Assembly (NCBI GenBank): GCA_035714745.1 | Contig: DASTLR010000003.1 | Coordinates: 161 to 64,160, forward strand | Reading direction: 5' to 3' | Length of the DNA stretch: 64,000 bases | Source of the DNA: Minisyncoccota bacterium | Lineage (GTDB): Bacteria > Patescibacteriota > Minisyncoccia > Phycocordibacterales > UBA6065 | In this document: piece by piece, positions 19,484 to 28,749 of the stretch | How the letters are laid out: the number at the start of each line of letters is the position of its first letter | Numbering within the stretch: position 1 is the stretch's first letter | Translations under genes and position numbers: made by a program | Notes under the pieces: generated by a model | What the model was told of the DNA's origin: nothing | What the model saw: the letters and a program-made list of their open reading frames with translations, nothing else | Databases searched by the model: none

Positions 19484-20749
19484 CTAAAGCGCCGGCAGAT
19501 ACGCCATCGGATCCAGATAGCCCGAGGCCGGCGAGGCCACGGTCTTTATGCCCGCGCAGGCCTTGGAGCCGAGGGCCGACGAGTCGACTATCTGGATGCC
19601 GGCGGTGACGTAGAGGCCGAAATGGAGGTGCGGGCCGGTGGCATAGCCCGTGTCGCCGCTGTAGCCGATCAGGTCGCCAGTCACCACCGCCTCCCCAGGC
19701 TTCGCCCTGACCACGGACATGTGCCCGTAGATGGTCGAGAGGCCGTTCGGATGCTTGATGAGGACGTATTTGCCGTACTGGCAGCCGCTGCGGGCCTTGG
19801 TCGGCTCGGTATCCGTCACTACGCCCGACATGGCCGCGTAGATAGGCGTGCCGATCGGAGCGCGGAAGTCCACGCCATTGTGAGTGCCGGTGGTCTTGTA
19901 GAGCGTGCGCGCGGCCGCCGTCTTGCCGAAGTATTGGGTGATGCCGATGTCCGTCAAAGGCCAGGCCAGGACGCTGTGCTTTGCTCCCGGCACGGCGCTG
20001 GCGCTGACGCTCTTGAGCTTTGCCTCGTATTCGGCCAGCTCCTTCTCGTAGGCCGCGCGCTGGGCGATCTTGTCCGCCAGGAGCTTCTTGTAGGCCGCTT
20101 CCCTGCTGCTCGTCTCGGCCAGGAGCTGGTCCTTCTCCTGCTTGCTCACCGCCACCAGCTTGGTCTGGTCCGCCAGGTTCCTCTTGTAGGACTCGAGCTT
20201 GGCCTTTTCCGCGGCGGCCTTTTCCCTCTTGTCGCTCAGGTCGTCCTGGAGGTCGCGCAGCTCGTCGAAGCGCGTCTTTACCCGGGCCTGGACCGAGCGC
20301 AGGGCGTTCACGTAATCCCACATGTCGGAGAGGCTCCTGTCCTTGAAGAACTCCTCGACCGCCGACTGCGACTCGGCCATGGCCATCTGGCGCATGCCCT
20401 CGGCGATCGCCGCCGACGCTCCGTCCACGCGGGCCTCGGTCTCGCCGATCTGGTCGTCCAGCTGCTCCAGGGTCAGGCCGGTCTTTGATATCTGCTTCGT
20501 CGTCAGGCTCAGGTCGGTCTGCAGCTTCTTTTGCGTCAGGTCGAGGGTCTTGACCGCGTTAGAGAGGGTCTGCGCCTGCTGGGAGGCGGAATTGAGCAGC
20601 GTCGAGTATTGGTCGATGAGCTTCTGGGTCTCGACGATCTTTTGGTTCAGGTCGGACGCGGTGTCGCCAAAAGCCCCGGCGGGCATGAGCGCCAGGGAGA
20701 GCGCGAGAGCCGCACCGGCTATGTATGTCCTATAGTTTGATTGAAGCAA
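19484..20749 (-). CDS. Coiled-coil M23 peptidase (EnvC/NlpD-like murein hydrolase)
   Basis: Signal peptide, long coiled coil, HNGVD, YGHM, TGPHLHF. Confidence 0.9.
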   Translation of the reverse strand: MLQSNYRTYIAGAALALSLALMPAGAFGDTASDLNQKIVETQKLIDQYSTLLNSASQQAQTLSNAVKTLDLTQKKLQTDLSLTTKQISKTGLTLEQLDDQIGETEARVDGASAAIAEGMRQMAMAESQSAVEEFFKDRSLSDMWDYVNALRSVQARVKTRFDELRDLQDDLSDKREKAAAEKAKLESYKRNLADQTKLVAVSKQEKDQLLAETSSREAAYKKLLADKIAQRAAYEKELAEYEAKLKSVSASAVPGAKHSVLAWPLTDIGITQYFGKTAAARTLYKTTGTHNGVDFRAPIGTPIYAAMSGVVTDTEPTKARSGCQYGKYVLIKHPNGLSTIYGHMSVVRAKPGEAVVTGDLIGYSGDTGYATGPHLHFGLYVTAGIQIVDSSALGSKACAGIKTVASPASGYLDPMAYLPAL

Positions 20750-22130
20750 TGGCTTTCTCGATCCTTTTGAGGGTTGTCTCTTTGCCCAGTATGGCGCTCA
20801 GGGTGAACGGGTTAGGCGATCTATCCTTGCCCGAGAGGGCGAAGCGGAACGGCCAGAGCACGTTGCCGCGCCCGTTCTGGTCGGCATAGGGCCAGACGGC
20901 GGCTTTGATCTTGTCCTCCTGCCAATCTGAGGGCGCGATGCCGCGCAGCATCTCCCCTACTTCTTCGAGGTGCTTTTTCGCCGGGCCCAAGTCGGCCTCG
21001 TCCTTCCATTTCAACGACAGGGCGTCGTAGGCGGGCTCCATGAAGTAGTAGTCCAGGTCCTGGGATTCTACGAGCCGCGAGATGTCGCCGTAGGTGTTGA
21101 TGCGCTCGATAAGGACGGGCATGAGCCGGGTCAGCATGTCGTCCGATACGTCCCAGCGCAGGTCAGCGGCGCGCGACATCGAGAGGATGCGCCGGCGGGC
21201 CTCCTTGATGAAATCGGCCTTCGGGGCCTTTTTCAGATGCTCCTTATTGATCCAGCGCAGCTTCTCCTCGTTGAAGATGGCGCCGCCCTTCTGCGCCTTT
21301 GACAGGTCGAAGGCTTTGACCAGGCCGTCCAGGTCAAAGATCTCCTGTTCCGTTCCCGGGTTCCAGCCCAGCAAGGCCATGTAGTTCAGGAGAGCGTCGG
21401 GCAGATAGCCCGCGTCGCGGTAATAGGTCATCGATTGTGCGCCGTGGCGCTTGGACAGCTTTGAGCGGTCGTGGGCCAGGACGAGCGGCAGGTGGGCGTA
21501 GGTCGGCGTCGGGGCGCCCAGGGCCTCCTGGATGAGGATCTGCCGCGGGGTATTCGAGATGTGGTCCTCGCCGCGGATGACATGGGTGATGCCCATCAGG
21601 TAGTCGTCCAGGACGACGGCGAAGTGGAAGATCGGCTCGGTGACGCTTTTGGCGATGACGAAGTCGCCCAGCTCGGCGGTGTCGAACTCGATCTCGCCGC
21701 GGATCATGTCGCGGAACCTCACCCGCTTGTTCGGGTTCTTGAAGCGGATGACCTCTCCCCTCTTGCCCGTTCCCTGGCCGTCCCCTTCCTTGTTCTCTTC
21801 CTTCGATATGAAAGCCTTGCCCTCGTCCAGGAGCCGCTGCAGGTGCTCGCGGTACAGCTCGCCGCGCTCGGACTGGCGGTGCATCTCGTCGTACGGCAGG
21901 CCCAGCCATTCCAGGCTCTCCAGGATGTTGTCTTCGTACTCCTTTTTCGAGCGGGCCGCGTCAGTGTCCTCGATGCGCAGGACGAATTTTCCGCGATTCT
22001 GCTTGGAAAAGAGGTACGAGAAGACCGCCGTGCGGTAGTTGCCGGCGTGGAGGAAGCCCGTCGGAGAGGGCGCGAAGCGGGTCACCACGCGGCCGCGGCC
22101 GCCAAAAAAGGCTTTGATCGCTGATATCAT
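20730..22130 (-). CDS. gltX: Glutamate--tRNA ligase
   Basis: RFAPSPTG.LHAGN, LRIEDTD, RGEDH..NT, KLSKR. Confidence 0.95.
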   Translation of the reverse strand: MISAIKAFFGGRGRVVTRFAPSPTGFLHAGNYRTAVFSYLFSKQNRGKFVLRIEDTDAARSKKEYEDNILESLEWLGLPYDEMHRQSERGELYREHLQRLLDEGKAFISKEENKEGDGQGTGKRGEVIRFKNPNKRVRFRDMIRGEIEFDTAELGDFVIAKSVTEPIFHFAVVLDDYLMGITHVIRGEDHISNTPRQILIQEALGAPTPTYAHLPLVLAHDRSKLSKRHGAQSMTYYRDAGYLPDALLNYMALLGWNPGTEQEIFDLDGLVKAFDLSKAQKGGAIFNEEKLRWINKEHLKKAPKADFIKEARRRILSMSRAADLRWDVSDDMLTRLMPVLIERINTYGDISRLVESQDLDYYFMEPAYDALSLKWKDEADLGPAKKHLEEVGEMLRGIAPSDWQEDKIKAAVWPYADQNGRGNVLWPFRFALSGKDRSPNPFTLSAILGKETTLKRIEKAIASIKL

Positions 22131-22160
22131 GGGTACAGTATACACTCTTCTACCCAAAGC

Positions 22161-22184
22161 AAAAACCGCGTTTTCGCGCGGTTT
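22161..22184 (-). terminator. Terminator downstream of the tRNA-like RNA
   Basis: Minus strand AAACCGCG-cgaaaa-CGCGGTTTTT. Confidence 0.65.
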
Positions 22185-22238
22185 CGGCTCTTGTCAATAT
22201 CCAAAGTATATACTTTTTGAATATTGGGTCAAGCTGCA

Positions 22239-22309
22239 TGGAGGCGACGGGAATCGAACCCGCTCGAACTAATTGACAAGAAGAGTCCGCAGAACCATCT
22301 TGCGCCCCC
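22239..22309 (-). ncRNA. 71-nt tRNA-like RNA resembling an isolated tmRNA tRNA-like domain (Ala identity G3.U70, A73)
   Basis: GGGGGCG...GCGGG-TTCGATT-CCCGT-CGCCTCC-A: full 7-bp acceptor stem with G3.U70, canonical T arm, no proper D stem, and a 5-bp helix GGACT/AGTTC capped by a 13-nt loop. Confidence 0.65.
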
Positions 22310-22430
22310 AAGGCAGAGGTTAGTCATGCCCCACCAAAGAGCATCATACGCTAGAGAGATAAAATCCAGATAAAAATCGAGCGGCGTTTTGAGTTAGAGA
22401 ATGAAAAAAGATTTAGTACATGAAAACCTC

Positions 22431-23558
22431 CTACTTAGTGTGCTCCAAGGCTATCTTCAGTATTTCCCGGGCGATCTTGTCGGCGGCGTCCTTGTGAGCA
22501 AAGGCCTGGGCGCCCTTCCTCATGGCCGCGGCCACCTCGGGCTTCTCGATGAGGCGATCGATCTCGGCTGCCAGGACATGGGGCGTCAGATTGACCTCCT
22601 CGATGACCGAGCAGCCCCCGGCCGCAGCGTAGGCGTAGGCGTTCGAGGTCTGGTCGTGGCTGATCTCCTCGGGGATCGGAATGACGATTGACGGCACCTG
22701 CCAGAGGGCGATTTCGAAGATCGTCGAGCCGGCTCGGGAGATGATCACCGAGGCCGCGCCCGCCGCCATGCGCAGGGCCAGGACGTTCAGATAGGCGAAC
22801 GGCTTGTATCTGTCGCGGTGGATGCTCTGGTTCAGGATGACCGCCGCGGTGTTGGTCATCTCGTCGATATTGTCCTTGCCGGTCTGATGGATGACGTAGT
22901 ATTTCTTGACCAATTCAGGCAGGATGCCGATGATGGCCTCGTTGATCTTCTTTGAGCCCTGCGAGCCGCCCAGGATGACGACGACGGGGATCTGGTCGTC
23001 GAGCTTCAGGTAATCGCGAGCGCCCTTCTTGATCGGCTCCATGACCTCCTTGCGCACGGGATTGCCGGTAAAGGCCACTTTGCTCGCCGGGAAATAGGCG
23101 CCGGCCTCGCGGTACGAGACGGCCACCCTCTGGGCGAACCTGCCCGCCCAGAGGTTCACGCGGCCCGGATGCGAGTCGGACTCATGGATGACCACCGGGA
23201 TGCCCAGGAGCCGCGCCGCGAACAGGACCGGGAACGAGACGTAGCCGCCCTTGCCGAATACCACGTCGGGATAGATGTTCCAGACATCGATGACCGCGTT
23301 CATGACGCCAAAGGCGGTCTTGAAGAGGTCGGTGACGTTGCGCAGCGAGAAATAGCGGCGCACCTTGCCGGCGTAGGACGGCTTGTAGACGATGCCGTAT
23401 TCAAAGAGCGCGCGCTCGTCGTAGGGCGACGGCGCCATGTAGTAGAGAGCGGCGTCCAGGAGCTTCTCCTCCTTGGCGATCTTCCTGATCGATTCCGCCA
23501 CCGCCACGATCGGATAGAAATGCCCGCCGGTGCCGCCGCCTGTTAGAAGTATCTTCAT
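22431..23558 (-). CDS. murG: Undecaprenyl-PP-MurNAc-pentapeptide GlcNAc transferase
   Basis: TGGGTGGHFYP, KGGYVS.P, HESD..PG, TGNPVR, GGSQG, ISRAGS. Confidence 0.96.
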   Translation of the reverse strand: MKILLTGGGTGGHFYPIVAVAESIRKIAKEEKLLDAALYYMAPSPYDERALFEYGIVYKPSYAGKVRRYFSLRNVTDLFKTAFGVMNAVIDVWNIYPDVVFGKGGYVSFPVLFAARLLGIPVVIHESDSHPGRVNLWAGRFAQRVAVSYREAGAYFPASKVAFTGNPVRKEVMEPIKKGARDYLKLDDQIPVVVILGGSQGSKKINEAIIGILPELVKKYYVIHQTGKDNIDEMTNTAAVILNQSIHRDRYKPFAYLNVLALRMAAGAASVIISRAGSTIFEIALWQVPSIVIPIPEEISHDQTSNAYAYAAAGGCSVIEEVNLTPHVLAAEIDRLIEKPEVAAAMRKGAQAFAHKDAADKIAREILKIALEHTK

Positions 23559-23573
23559 GGTGATCTTGAGCCG

Positions 23574-24677
23574 CTATTTTCGGAGCCGCGCCGTGCGCGA
23601 TATATTGAGAAGTATACCAGATTCCGCCAGGACGAAGAGCAGGGCCGTGCCCCCCTGCGAGACGTAGAGGAGCGGGATGCCGGAAAGCGGCAGGACGCCC
23701 ACCATGGCCCCGATGTTGGTGAACGACTGGACGATGATGAAGGAGACGATGCCCACCGAGAGCAGGGTGCCGAACTGCGTGTAGGCGGTGACCGCCACTT
23801 TCAGCGAGCGCAGGGCGAAATAGACGAAGAGGCCCAGCAGGGCCAGGGCCCCGATGAAGCCGAACTCCTCTGCCGCCACGGCGAATATCGAGTCGCCGAC
23901 GGGCTCGGGCAGGTACTTGAACTTCTGGATGCTCTGGCCGAATCCCCTGCCCGTCAGCCCGCCCGAGCCGATGGCGATGAGCGACTGCTTGATCTGATAG
24001 CTGGATGCCTGGCTGGCCTCTGACGGGTTCAGGAAGGTCTGGATGCGGGCCATGACGTACGGCCGGGTAAAGGCCAGAAGAGCGAGCCCCAAAAAGCCGA
24101 CCAGGACCAGCGAGCCGATATGCTTCCATCGGCCGCCTGCCGCGATGAACATCGCCGCCAATGCAGCGGCGATGACGATAAATGTGTCGGTGTCAGGCTG
24201 GGCCAGGCAGAGCGCGCCAGTGATGGCGAGCATGACCAGGAGCGGCACGAAGCCCTTTTTGAAGTCGCTGGCCTTGTCCTTGACGAACGATAGCCAGGCG
24301 GCGAAATAGATGATGGCCGCGATCTTCAGCACCTCGGAGGTCTGAAAGGTAAAGGAGCCGATCAAGAGCCAGCGCACCGCTCCGCCATGGTGCAAGCCCA
24401 GGCCAGGGATGAAGATGAGGAGGTTCAGAAAGACAGAGAACACGAAGAATACGAAAGAATACCTGCGCCACTGCAGGTAGTCGATGCGCGAGAAGAGATA
24501 CATGGCCAGGAGGCCGGGCACCAGGCCGAAAAAGATCTGCTTGAAGGCGATCGAGCCGAAATGCACCGAGTCGCGGGCCAAGAGCCCCAGCGAGGCCGAG
24601 AGGAATATGAGAAAGCCCGCCACCACGAGCGAGACGATCGAGACCAAGAGGCGGGTGTCCATCCGTTCCCTGCGCAT
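23574..24677 (-). CDS. ftsW: SEDS peptidoglycan polymerase FtsW
   Basis: GAVRWL, FQTSEVLK, QPD, YQIKQSLIAIGSGG, LPEPVGDSIF...EEFG; directly upstream of murG. Confidence 0.88.
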   Translation of the reverse strand: MRRERMDTRLLVSIVSLVVAGFLIFLSASLGLLARDSVHFGSIAFKQIFFGLVPGLLAMYLFSRIDYLQWRRYSFVFFVFSVFLNLLIFIPGLGLHHGGAVRWLLIGSFTFQTSEVLKIAAIIYFAAWLSFVKDKASDFKKGFVPLLVMLAITGALCLAQPDTDTFIVIAAALAAMFIAAGGRWKHIGSLVLVGFLGLALLAFTRPYVMARIQTFLNPSEASQASSYQIKQSLIAIGSGGLTGRGFGQSIQKFKYLPEPVGDSIFAVAAEEFGFIGALALLGLFVYFALRSLKVAVTAYTQFGTLLSVGIVSFIIVQSFTNIGAMVGVLPLSGIPLLYVSQGGTALLFVLAESGILLNISRTARLRK

Positions 24678-24706
24678 GGGTATAAATATATCATGCCGGG
24701 CAAAGC

Positions 24707-24945
24707 AAAAGGCCGCGACGACGAATCGTGCGGCCTAAGTTTTTTAAGAAGCGAAAGAAGCGCGCTTCGGGGAAAACTGAGAGGGGACGGTGTCCATGCT
24801 CTCCAAAAACCCATCAGGACCTTGTATCTGGCAGGAGGAGACTGGCGTCATATTCGGGACAAACATCGGATCCGCTACGCTTTTGGCGTACAGTCCGGAA
24901 TAGAGCTTCCAATCTGCGACTCGCCGAATCAAAGATCTACTGACA
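24707..24945 (-). ncRNA. Candidate ~235-nt structured noncoding RNA
   Basis: Bounded by a near-consensus promoter (TTGACA-17-TATACT) and a GGCCGC...GCGGCC-TTTT terminator; several hairpins; no convincing ORF. Confidence 0.4.
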
Positions 24946-24950
24946 TAGAT

Positions 24951-24979
24951 AGTATAGCAGACCCCGTTCCTATTGTCAA
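24951..24979 (-). promoter_or_regulatory. Sigma70 promoter with extended -10
   Basis: Minus strand TTGACA ataggaacggggtctgc TATACT (17-nt spacer, TG extension). Confidence 0.75.
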
Positions 24980-24984
24980 GCACA

Positions 24985-25950
24985 TTAGTACGGCTTAACA
25001 GAGCCGCTATTTTGGGCCAGATAGGCCAGGGTCGACCGGGCCAAGGCTTCCAAATCGGCGAATCTGCCCTCATAGGAAGAGCCTAAAACGGCGATGATCA
25101 AGGGGTGGTCGAGGCCGGCGTTAAAGGCTACGACCACGTTCCCGCCCGACAGGTCGGTGTAGCCGGTCTTTGAGGCGAGGACGTTCGGTATCTCCCCTAT
25201 CGCTTTGTTGGTGTTGCTGGCGGCGTGCACCGCGTTCTTTGACGTCAGGCTGATCTGGCCGTATGAAGTGGCCTCCAGGAGGTGCGGCTTGTGCTTCAAT
25301 ATGAAATCGACGAGCAGTGCCACCTCTCGGGCGCTGCCGTAGCCGCCCGAGACGGTCTGCGAGACGTCCAAGCCCGACTGGTTGTAGAAATAGGCCGTGC
25401 GCAGGCCAATCTCGCGGGCCAGCGAATTCATCTTCTCCACGAAGAGGGCCTGAGGGTCGGTCGAGGTGCTCGAGATGATGGAGCCCCCGGTGGCGGCCAC
25501 CGCCCGGATGCCGTCGTTCGAGGAGGTGATCAGGCTGAAATCGACCAGGTTGCCGATATTCCACTGCTCGCCGATGAGGAGGCCGGTATCCCCTTCCTCG
25601 CGGATGTCGTCGGCGGTCACGCGCACGAGCAGGTAGTCCGGCGCCAGGATCGAGACCGTCAGGGCCGACATCAGCTTGGTCAGCGAGGCCAGCGGGCGGA
25701 CCGCGTCGGCGTCCTTTTCAAACAGGGTCTTGCCCGTCACGGCGTCGTAGACGATGGCCGAGCGAGCCTCGATGGGCGTCAGGGGAAAGGTCGGCAGCTG
25801 GCGGGTGGTCGTGCTGACGGCCACCAGCGGCACGCGGGGCGCCTCGGCCCTGCCGCCCTGGTGAGACCACCACAAAAACAGCGCTATCGCGAGCGCCAGG
25901 AGCGATACTTCGATCTGGGCGATGCGCTTAGGCGACAGGGGGCTGTTCAT
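24985..25950 (-). CDS. D-alanyl-D-alanine carboxypeptidase (S11)
   Basis: N-terminal TM; ASLTK (SxxK), SSN, KTG motifs. Confidence 0.9.
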   Translation of the reverse strand: MNSPLSPKRIAQIEVSLLALAIALFLWWSHQGGRAEAPRVPLVAVSTTTRQLPTFPLTPIEARSAIVYDAVTGKTLFEKDADAVRPLASLTKLMSALTVSILAPDYLLVRVTADDIREEGDTGLLIGEQWNIGNLVDFSLITSSNDGIRAVAATGGSIISSTSTDPQALFVEKMNSLAREIGLRTAYFYNQSGLDVSQTVSGGYGSAREVALLVDFILKHKPHLLEATSYGQISLTSKNAVHAASNTNKAIGEIPNVLASKTGYTDLSGGNVVVAFNAGLDHPLIIAVLGSSYEGRFADLEALARSTLAYLAQNSGSVKPY

Positions 25951-26509
25951 CGGGTTTCGGTTGCTCGGCGTCTGCCGCGGCAAAGGCTTCCAGCTCGGCT
26001 TTGACCTTGGCGTAGTCCGGCAGCTCCTCGGCCCGGGTCGCGCCTAGGTGGGCCAAGAGGTCGACGGTCGGGGCGTAGGAGAATCCCCTGCCCTCGCCTT
26101 CGCGGAGGCTCGATCGCTCGACCAGGCCGCGGATCAGCAGGTTGCGCAGGATGAACGACGAATTGACGCCGCGGATATAGTCGATGTCGGCGCGCTTGAT
26201 CGGGCCTTTGTAGAGGATGATGGAGAGGGTCTCGAGGCCGGCCTTGCCCAGGTCGCGGACGAGCTCGTCCTTGGTCAGCTGAGTTATCAGGTCTGAGGCC
26301 TCGGACGCCGTGCGCATCTCGATCTCGGCGTCGGGCCCCTCTCCCAGGCGCATGACGCGCAGGCCGCGGCTCTGGAGGGCGGTTTCGAGAGCCGAAAGGG
26401 CTGCCCGGAGCTCCTCAGCCGTGCAGCCCAGGGCCGCCTGAGCCTTCTTCAGACTGATCGGCTCTCCCTTCCAGAACAGCAGGGCCTCAAGCTTGGTCTC
26501 TAGGGTCAT
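25928..26509 (-). CDS. scpB: SMC-Scp complex subunit ScpB
   Basis: LEALLF, ETLSIILYKGPI.RADIDYIRGVNS. Confidence 0.93.
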   Translation of the reverse strand: MTLETKLEALLFWKGEPISLKKAQAALGCTAEELRAALSALETALQSRGLRVMRLGEGPDAEIEMRTASEASDLITQLTKDELVRDLGKAGLETLSIILYKGPIKRADIDYIRGVNSSFILRNLLIRGLVERSSLREGEGRGFSYAPTVDLLAHLGATRAEELPDYAKVKAELEAFAAADAEQPKPDEQPPVA

Positions 26510-26522
26510 GGTCTGAGTATAG

Positions 26523-27272
26523 CTAATATTTCGGGACGCCGACAGTCTCGGTCTCCATCTGGATGTCGTCGAAATGGCGCTCCTGACTGACGTTGATGAC
26601 GCCCTGCTTGACCAGCTCGAGCATTGCTAGGAAGGAGACGATGATGTTGACCTTTTCGGCGGGCGCGGCGCTCCCTGCCTGTCCTGCCCCGCCTACGGCG
26701 CCGGCGAACTGGCGGAAGCTCATGCGCAGGTTCTCGGAGACGCGCTGGGTCAGGTTCGTGATCATCTCCTCCAGGCTGATGACCTTGTCGACGACGACCT
26801 TTGGCAGGAACTCGCGCTTGGGCAGGCTGGCCAGGACGCGCCCGGCGGCGGCCAGGAAGTTCTCGGCCGTCATGTCCGCGTCGGGCGAGAATACCGGTTC
26901 CAGGCGGCGCTCGCCGCGGGCAAAGAGGATCCGGGCGCCAAAGAGCGGCTTGATCCTGAGCGACAGCTCGCGCATGCGCTCGTATATGCGCAGCCTGCGA
27001 TTCAGGTCGTCGATCGAGGCCTGCTCCTCGACGGTCAGGTCAAGGGTGGGCAAAAGCGACTTGGATTTGATGAGCAGGAGCGTCGACGCGGTGAGGATGA
27101 ACTGAGCGCTGTCGGCCACGGGAAAATCCGCCAGGTTCTTCACATAGGCGATATAGTCGTCGGCAACTTTGGCGAGCGAGACGTCGCTCACGAAAAGCTT
27201 CCTCTTCTCGATGAGGTCGAGGAGAAGGTCCAGCGGCCCTTCGAAATGCTCCTGTTTGACGGTGAATGCCAT
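26523..27272 (-). CDS. scpA: Segregation/condensation kleisin ScpA
   Basis: FEGPLDLLLDLI, IKSKSLLP, VSFLAMLELVK, Q...FDDI. Confidence 0.93.
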   Translation of the reverse strand: MAFTVKQEHFEGPLDLLLDLIEKRKLFVSDVSLAKVADDYIAYVKNLADFPVADSAQFILTASTLLLIKSKSLLPTLDLTVEEQASIDDLNRRLRIYERMRELSLRIKPLFGARILFARGERRLEPVFSPDADMTAENFLAAAGRVLASLPKREFLPKVVVDKVISLEEMITNLTQRVSENLRMSFRQFAGAVGGAGQAGSAAPAEKVNIIVSFLAMLELVKQGVINVSQERHFDDIQMETETVGVPKY

Positions 27273-27379
27273 GGGAATAAGCCTATTTTAGCAGGTTAGA
27301 CGCCAATAGACACGGGTGGATACTGCTAGCTACTTGTGCCCTAGGCGGCATGAATTGTAAATGGAGCTTTCTATGAAAG

Positions 27380-27412
27380 AAAAAGCGGCCAGAACGATAG
27401 TTTCTGGCCGCT
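27380..27412 (-). terminator. Terminator after aspS-1
   Basis: 10-bp stem GCGGCCAGAA/TTCTGGCCGC with a T-tract on the minus strand. Confidence 0.7.
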
Positions 27413-27425
27413 GGAGGCCTCTCCC

Positions 27426-28730
27426 TTATGGGACGAGGCGTGTGGGACCGCGATACAGGTAGGTAACCTCACGGACATTCTTGCGATCCAGGAGGATCAT
27501 CAGAAGCCGCGTCAGGCCGAGGCCGAATCCGCCATGCGGAGGGCATCCGTAGCGGAAGAAGTCGATGTAGTGCTTGATCGACTCAAGGGGGATTCCCTTC
27601 TCGGCCGCTTGCGCCGACAGGACGTCGACGCGATGCTCGCGCTGGGCGCCGGTGGTCACTTCCAGGCCGTGCCAGAGGAGATCGAAGCTCTTGGTGAGCG
27701 TTGGGTCATCCTCATGGCGACGGTGATAGAAGGGTCGCACCTCGACTGGATAGTCCGTCACGAACACGAACTCGTGGCCAGTCTTCTCCTTGATGTATTC
27801 GGCGAGCATGCGCTCACCGGGTGGGTCGAGGTCTTCCTTGTGGGCGATCGCGTGGCCGCGCTCGGCCAGGATGGCCCGGGCTTCGGCGAGCGGGATACGC
27901 GGGAACGGCAGCATCGGAACGACGACGTCGATCCCGGTGAGCCGCTTTATCTCGTCTCCGCATTCCTTCTGGACGTAGCCGAGCGCGTAAGCGATCAGGC
28001 GCTCTTCGAGCGCCATCACGTCTTCGTGCGACTCGATCCAGGACATCTCCACGTCGACGGAGGTGAACTCCGTGTCGTGGCGGGCTGTGAACGAAGGATT
28101 AGCGCGGAAGACCGGGCCGATCTCGAAGATACGGTCGAGCCCTGCTGCCATCGCCATCTGCTTGTAGAACTGCGGCGATTGGGCGAGCGTGGCTTTGCCG
28201 CCGAAGTAGTCGAGCTGGAACAGCTCGGCCCCTGATTCGCTTGCCGTGCCCATGAGCTTCGGCGAGTGGATCTCCATGAAGCCGTTCTGCAGCCAGAACT
28301 GCCGCATCCCCTGCTCCAGAGCTGTCTGGACCTTGAAGATGAGGGTGTTCTCGGGACGGCGGATGCTAAGCGCCCGCCAGTCGAGCTGGAGGTCGAGACC
28401 GGATTCGGCTGTGATCGGGAGCAATTGCTCCGCGGGGCCGACATCCTCGATCGAATCGAGCACGATCTCCACGCCCCCGAGCTTAGCGCTCGGATTGGCG
28501 ACGACCTTGCCCGAGGCGATGATGGCGGATTCCTGCGTCAGCGCGCTGATAGCAGCGCCGAGCGGGTCTCCTTCCTTCTTCTCGTGGCAGAGCTGGATCA
28601 TGCCGGTATGGTCCCGGAGGACCACGAACTGCATGCGCTTCTGGTCGCGGATCGCGTGTGCGAAACCCGCAACTGTGACGATCGAGCCCGAGAGCGCTGA
28701 CACATCCCTGGTCAATGTTCGATTAATCAT
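27426..28730 (-). CDS. aspS: Aspartate--tRNA ligase, archaeal/short type (copy 1; L1 loop AKLGG, discriminating-like)
   Basis: OB-fold, LAQSPQFYKQ, FRANPSFTARHDTEFTSVDVE, TGAQREH, PPHGGFGLG. Confidence 0.92.
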   Translation of the reverse strand: MINRTLTRDVSALSGSIVTVAGFAHAIRDQKRMQFVVLRDHTGMIQLCHEKKEGDPLGAAISALTQESAIIASGKVVANPSAKLGGVEIVLDSIEDVGPAEQLLPITAESGLDLQLDWRALSIRRPENTLIFKVQTALEQGMRQFWLQNGFMEIHSPKLMGTASESGAELFQLDYFGGKATLAQSPQFYKQMAMAAGLDRIFEIGPVFRANPSFTARHDTEFTSVDVEMSWIESHEDVMALEERLIAYALGYVQKECGDEIKRLTGIDVVVPMLPFPRIPLAEARAILAERGHAIAHKEDLDPPGERMLAEYIKEKTGHEFVFVTDYPVEVRPFYHRRHEDDPTLTKSFDLLWHGLEVTTGAQREHRVDVLSAQAAEKGIPLESIKHYIDFFRYGCPPHGGFGLGLTRLLMILLDRKNVREVTYLYRGPTRLVP

Positions 28731-28749
28731 GATTTGCCTTGCTTTATTT

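Noticed and set aside
22239-22309. Canonical tRNA-Asp reading (TT-GTC-AA in the loop)
   Set aside because: The bases flanking that 7-mer do not form an anticodon stem, there is no D stem, and the acceptor carries Ala rather than Asp identity.
24707-24945. RNase P or SRP RNA identity for the orphan transcript
   Set aside because: I could not find the RNase P GAGGAAAGTCC / AC.AA.C.GGCTTA signatures or the SRP GGAA-tetraloop domain on either strand.
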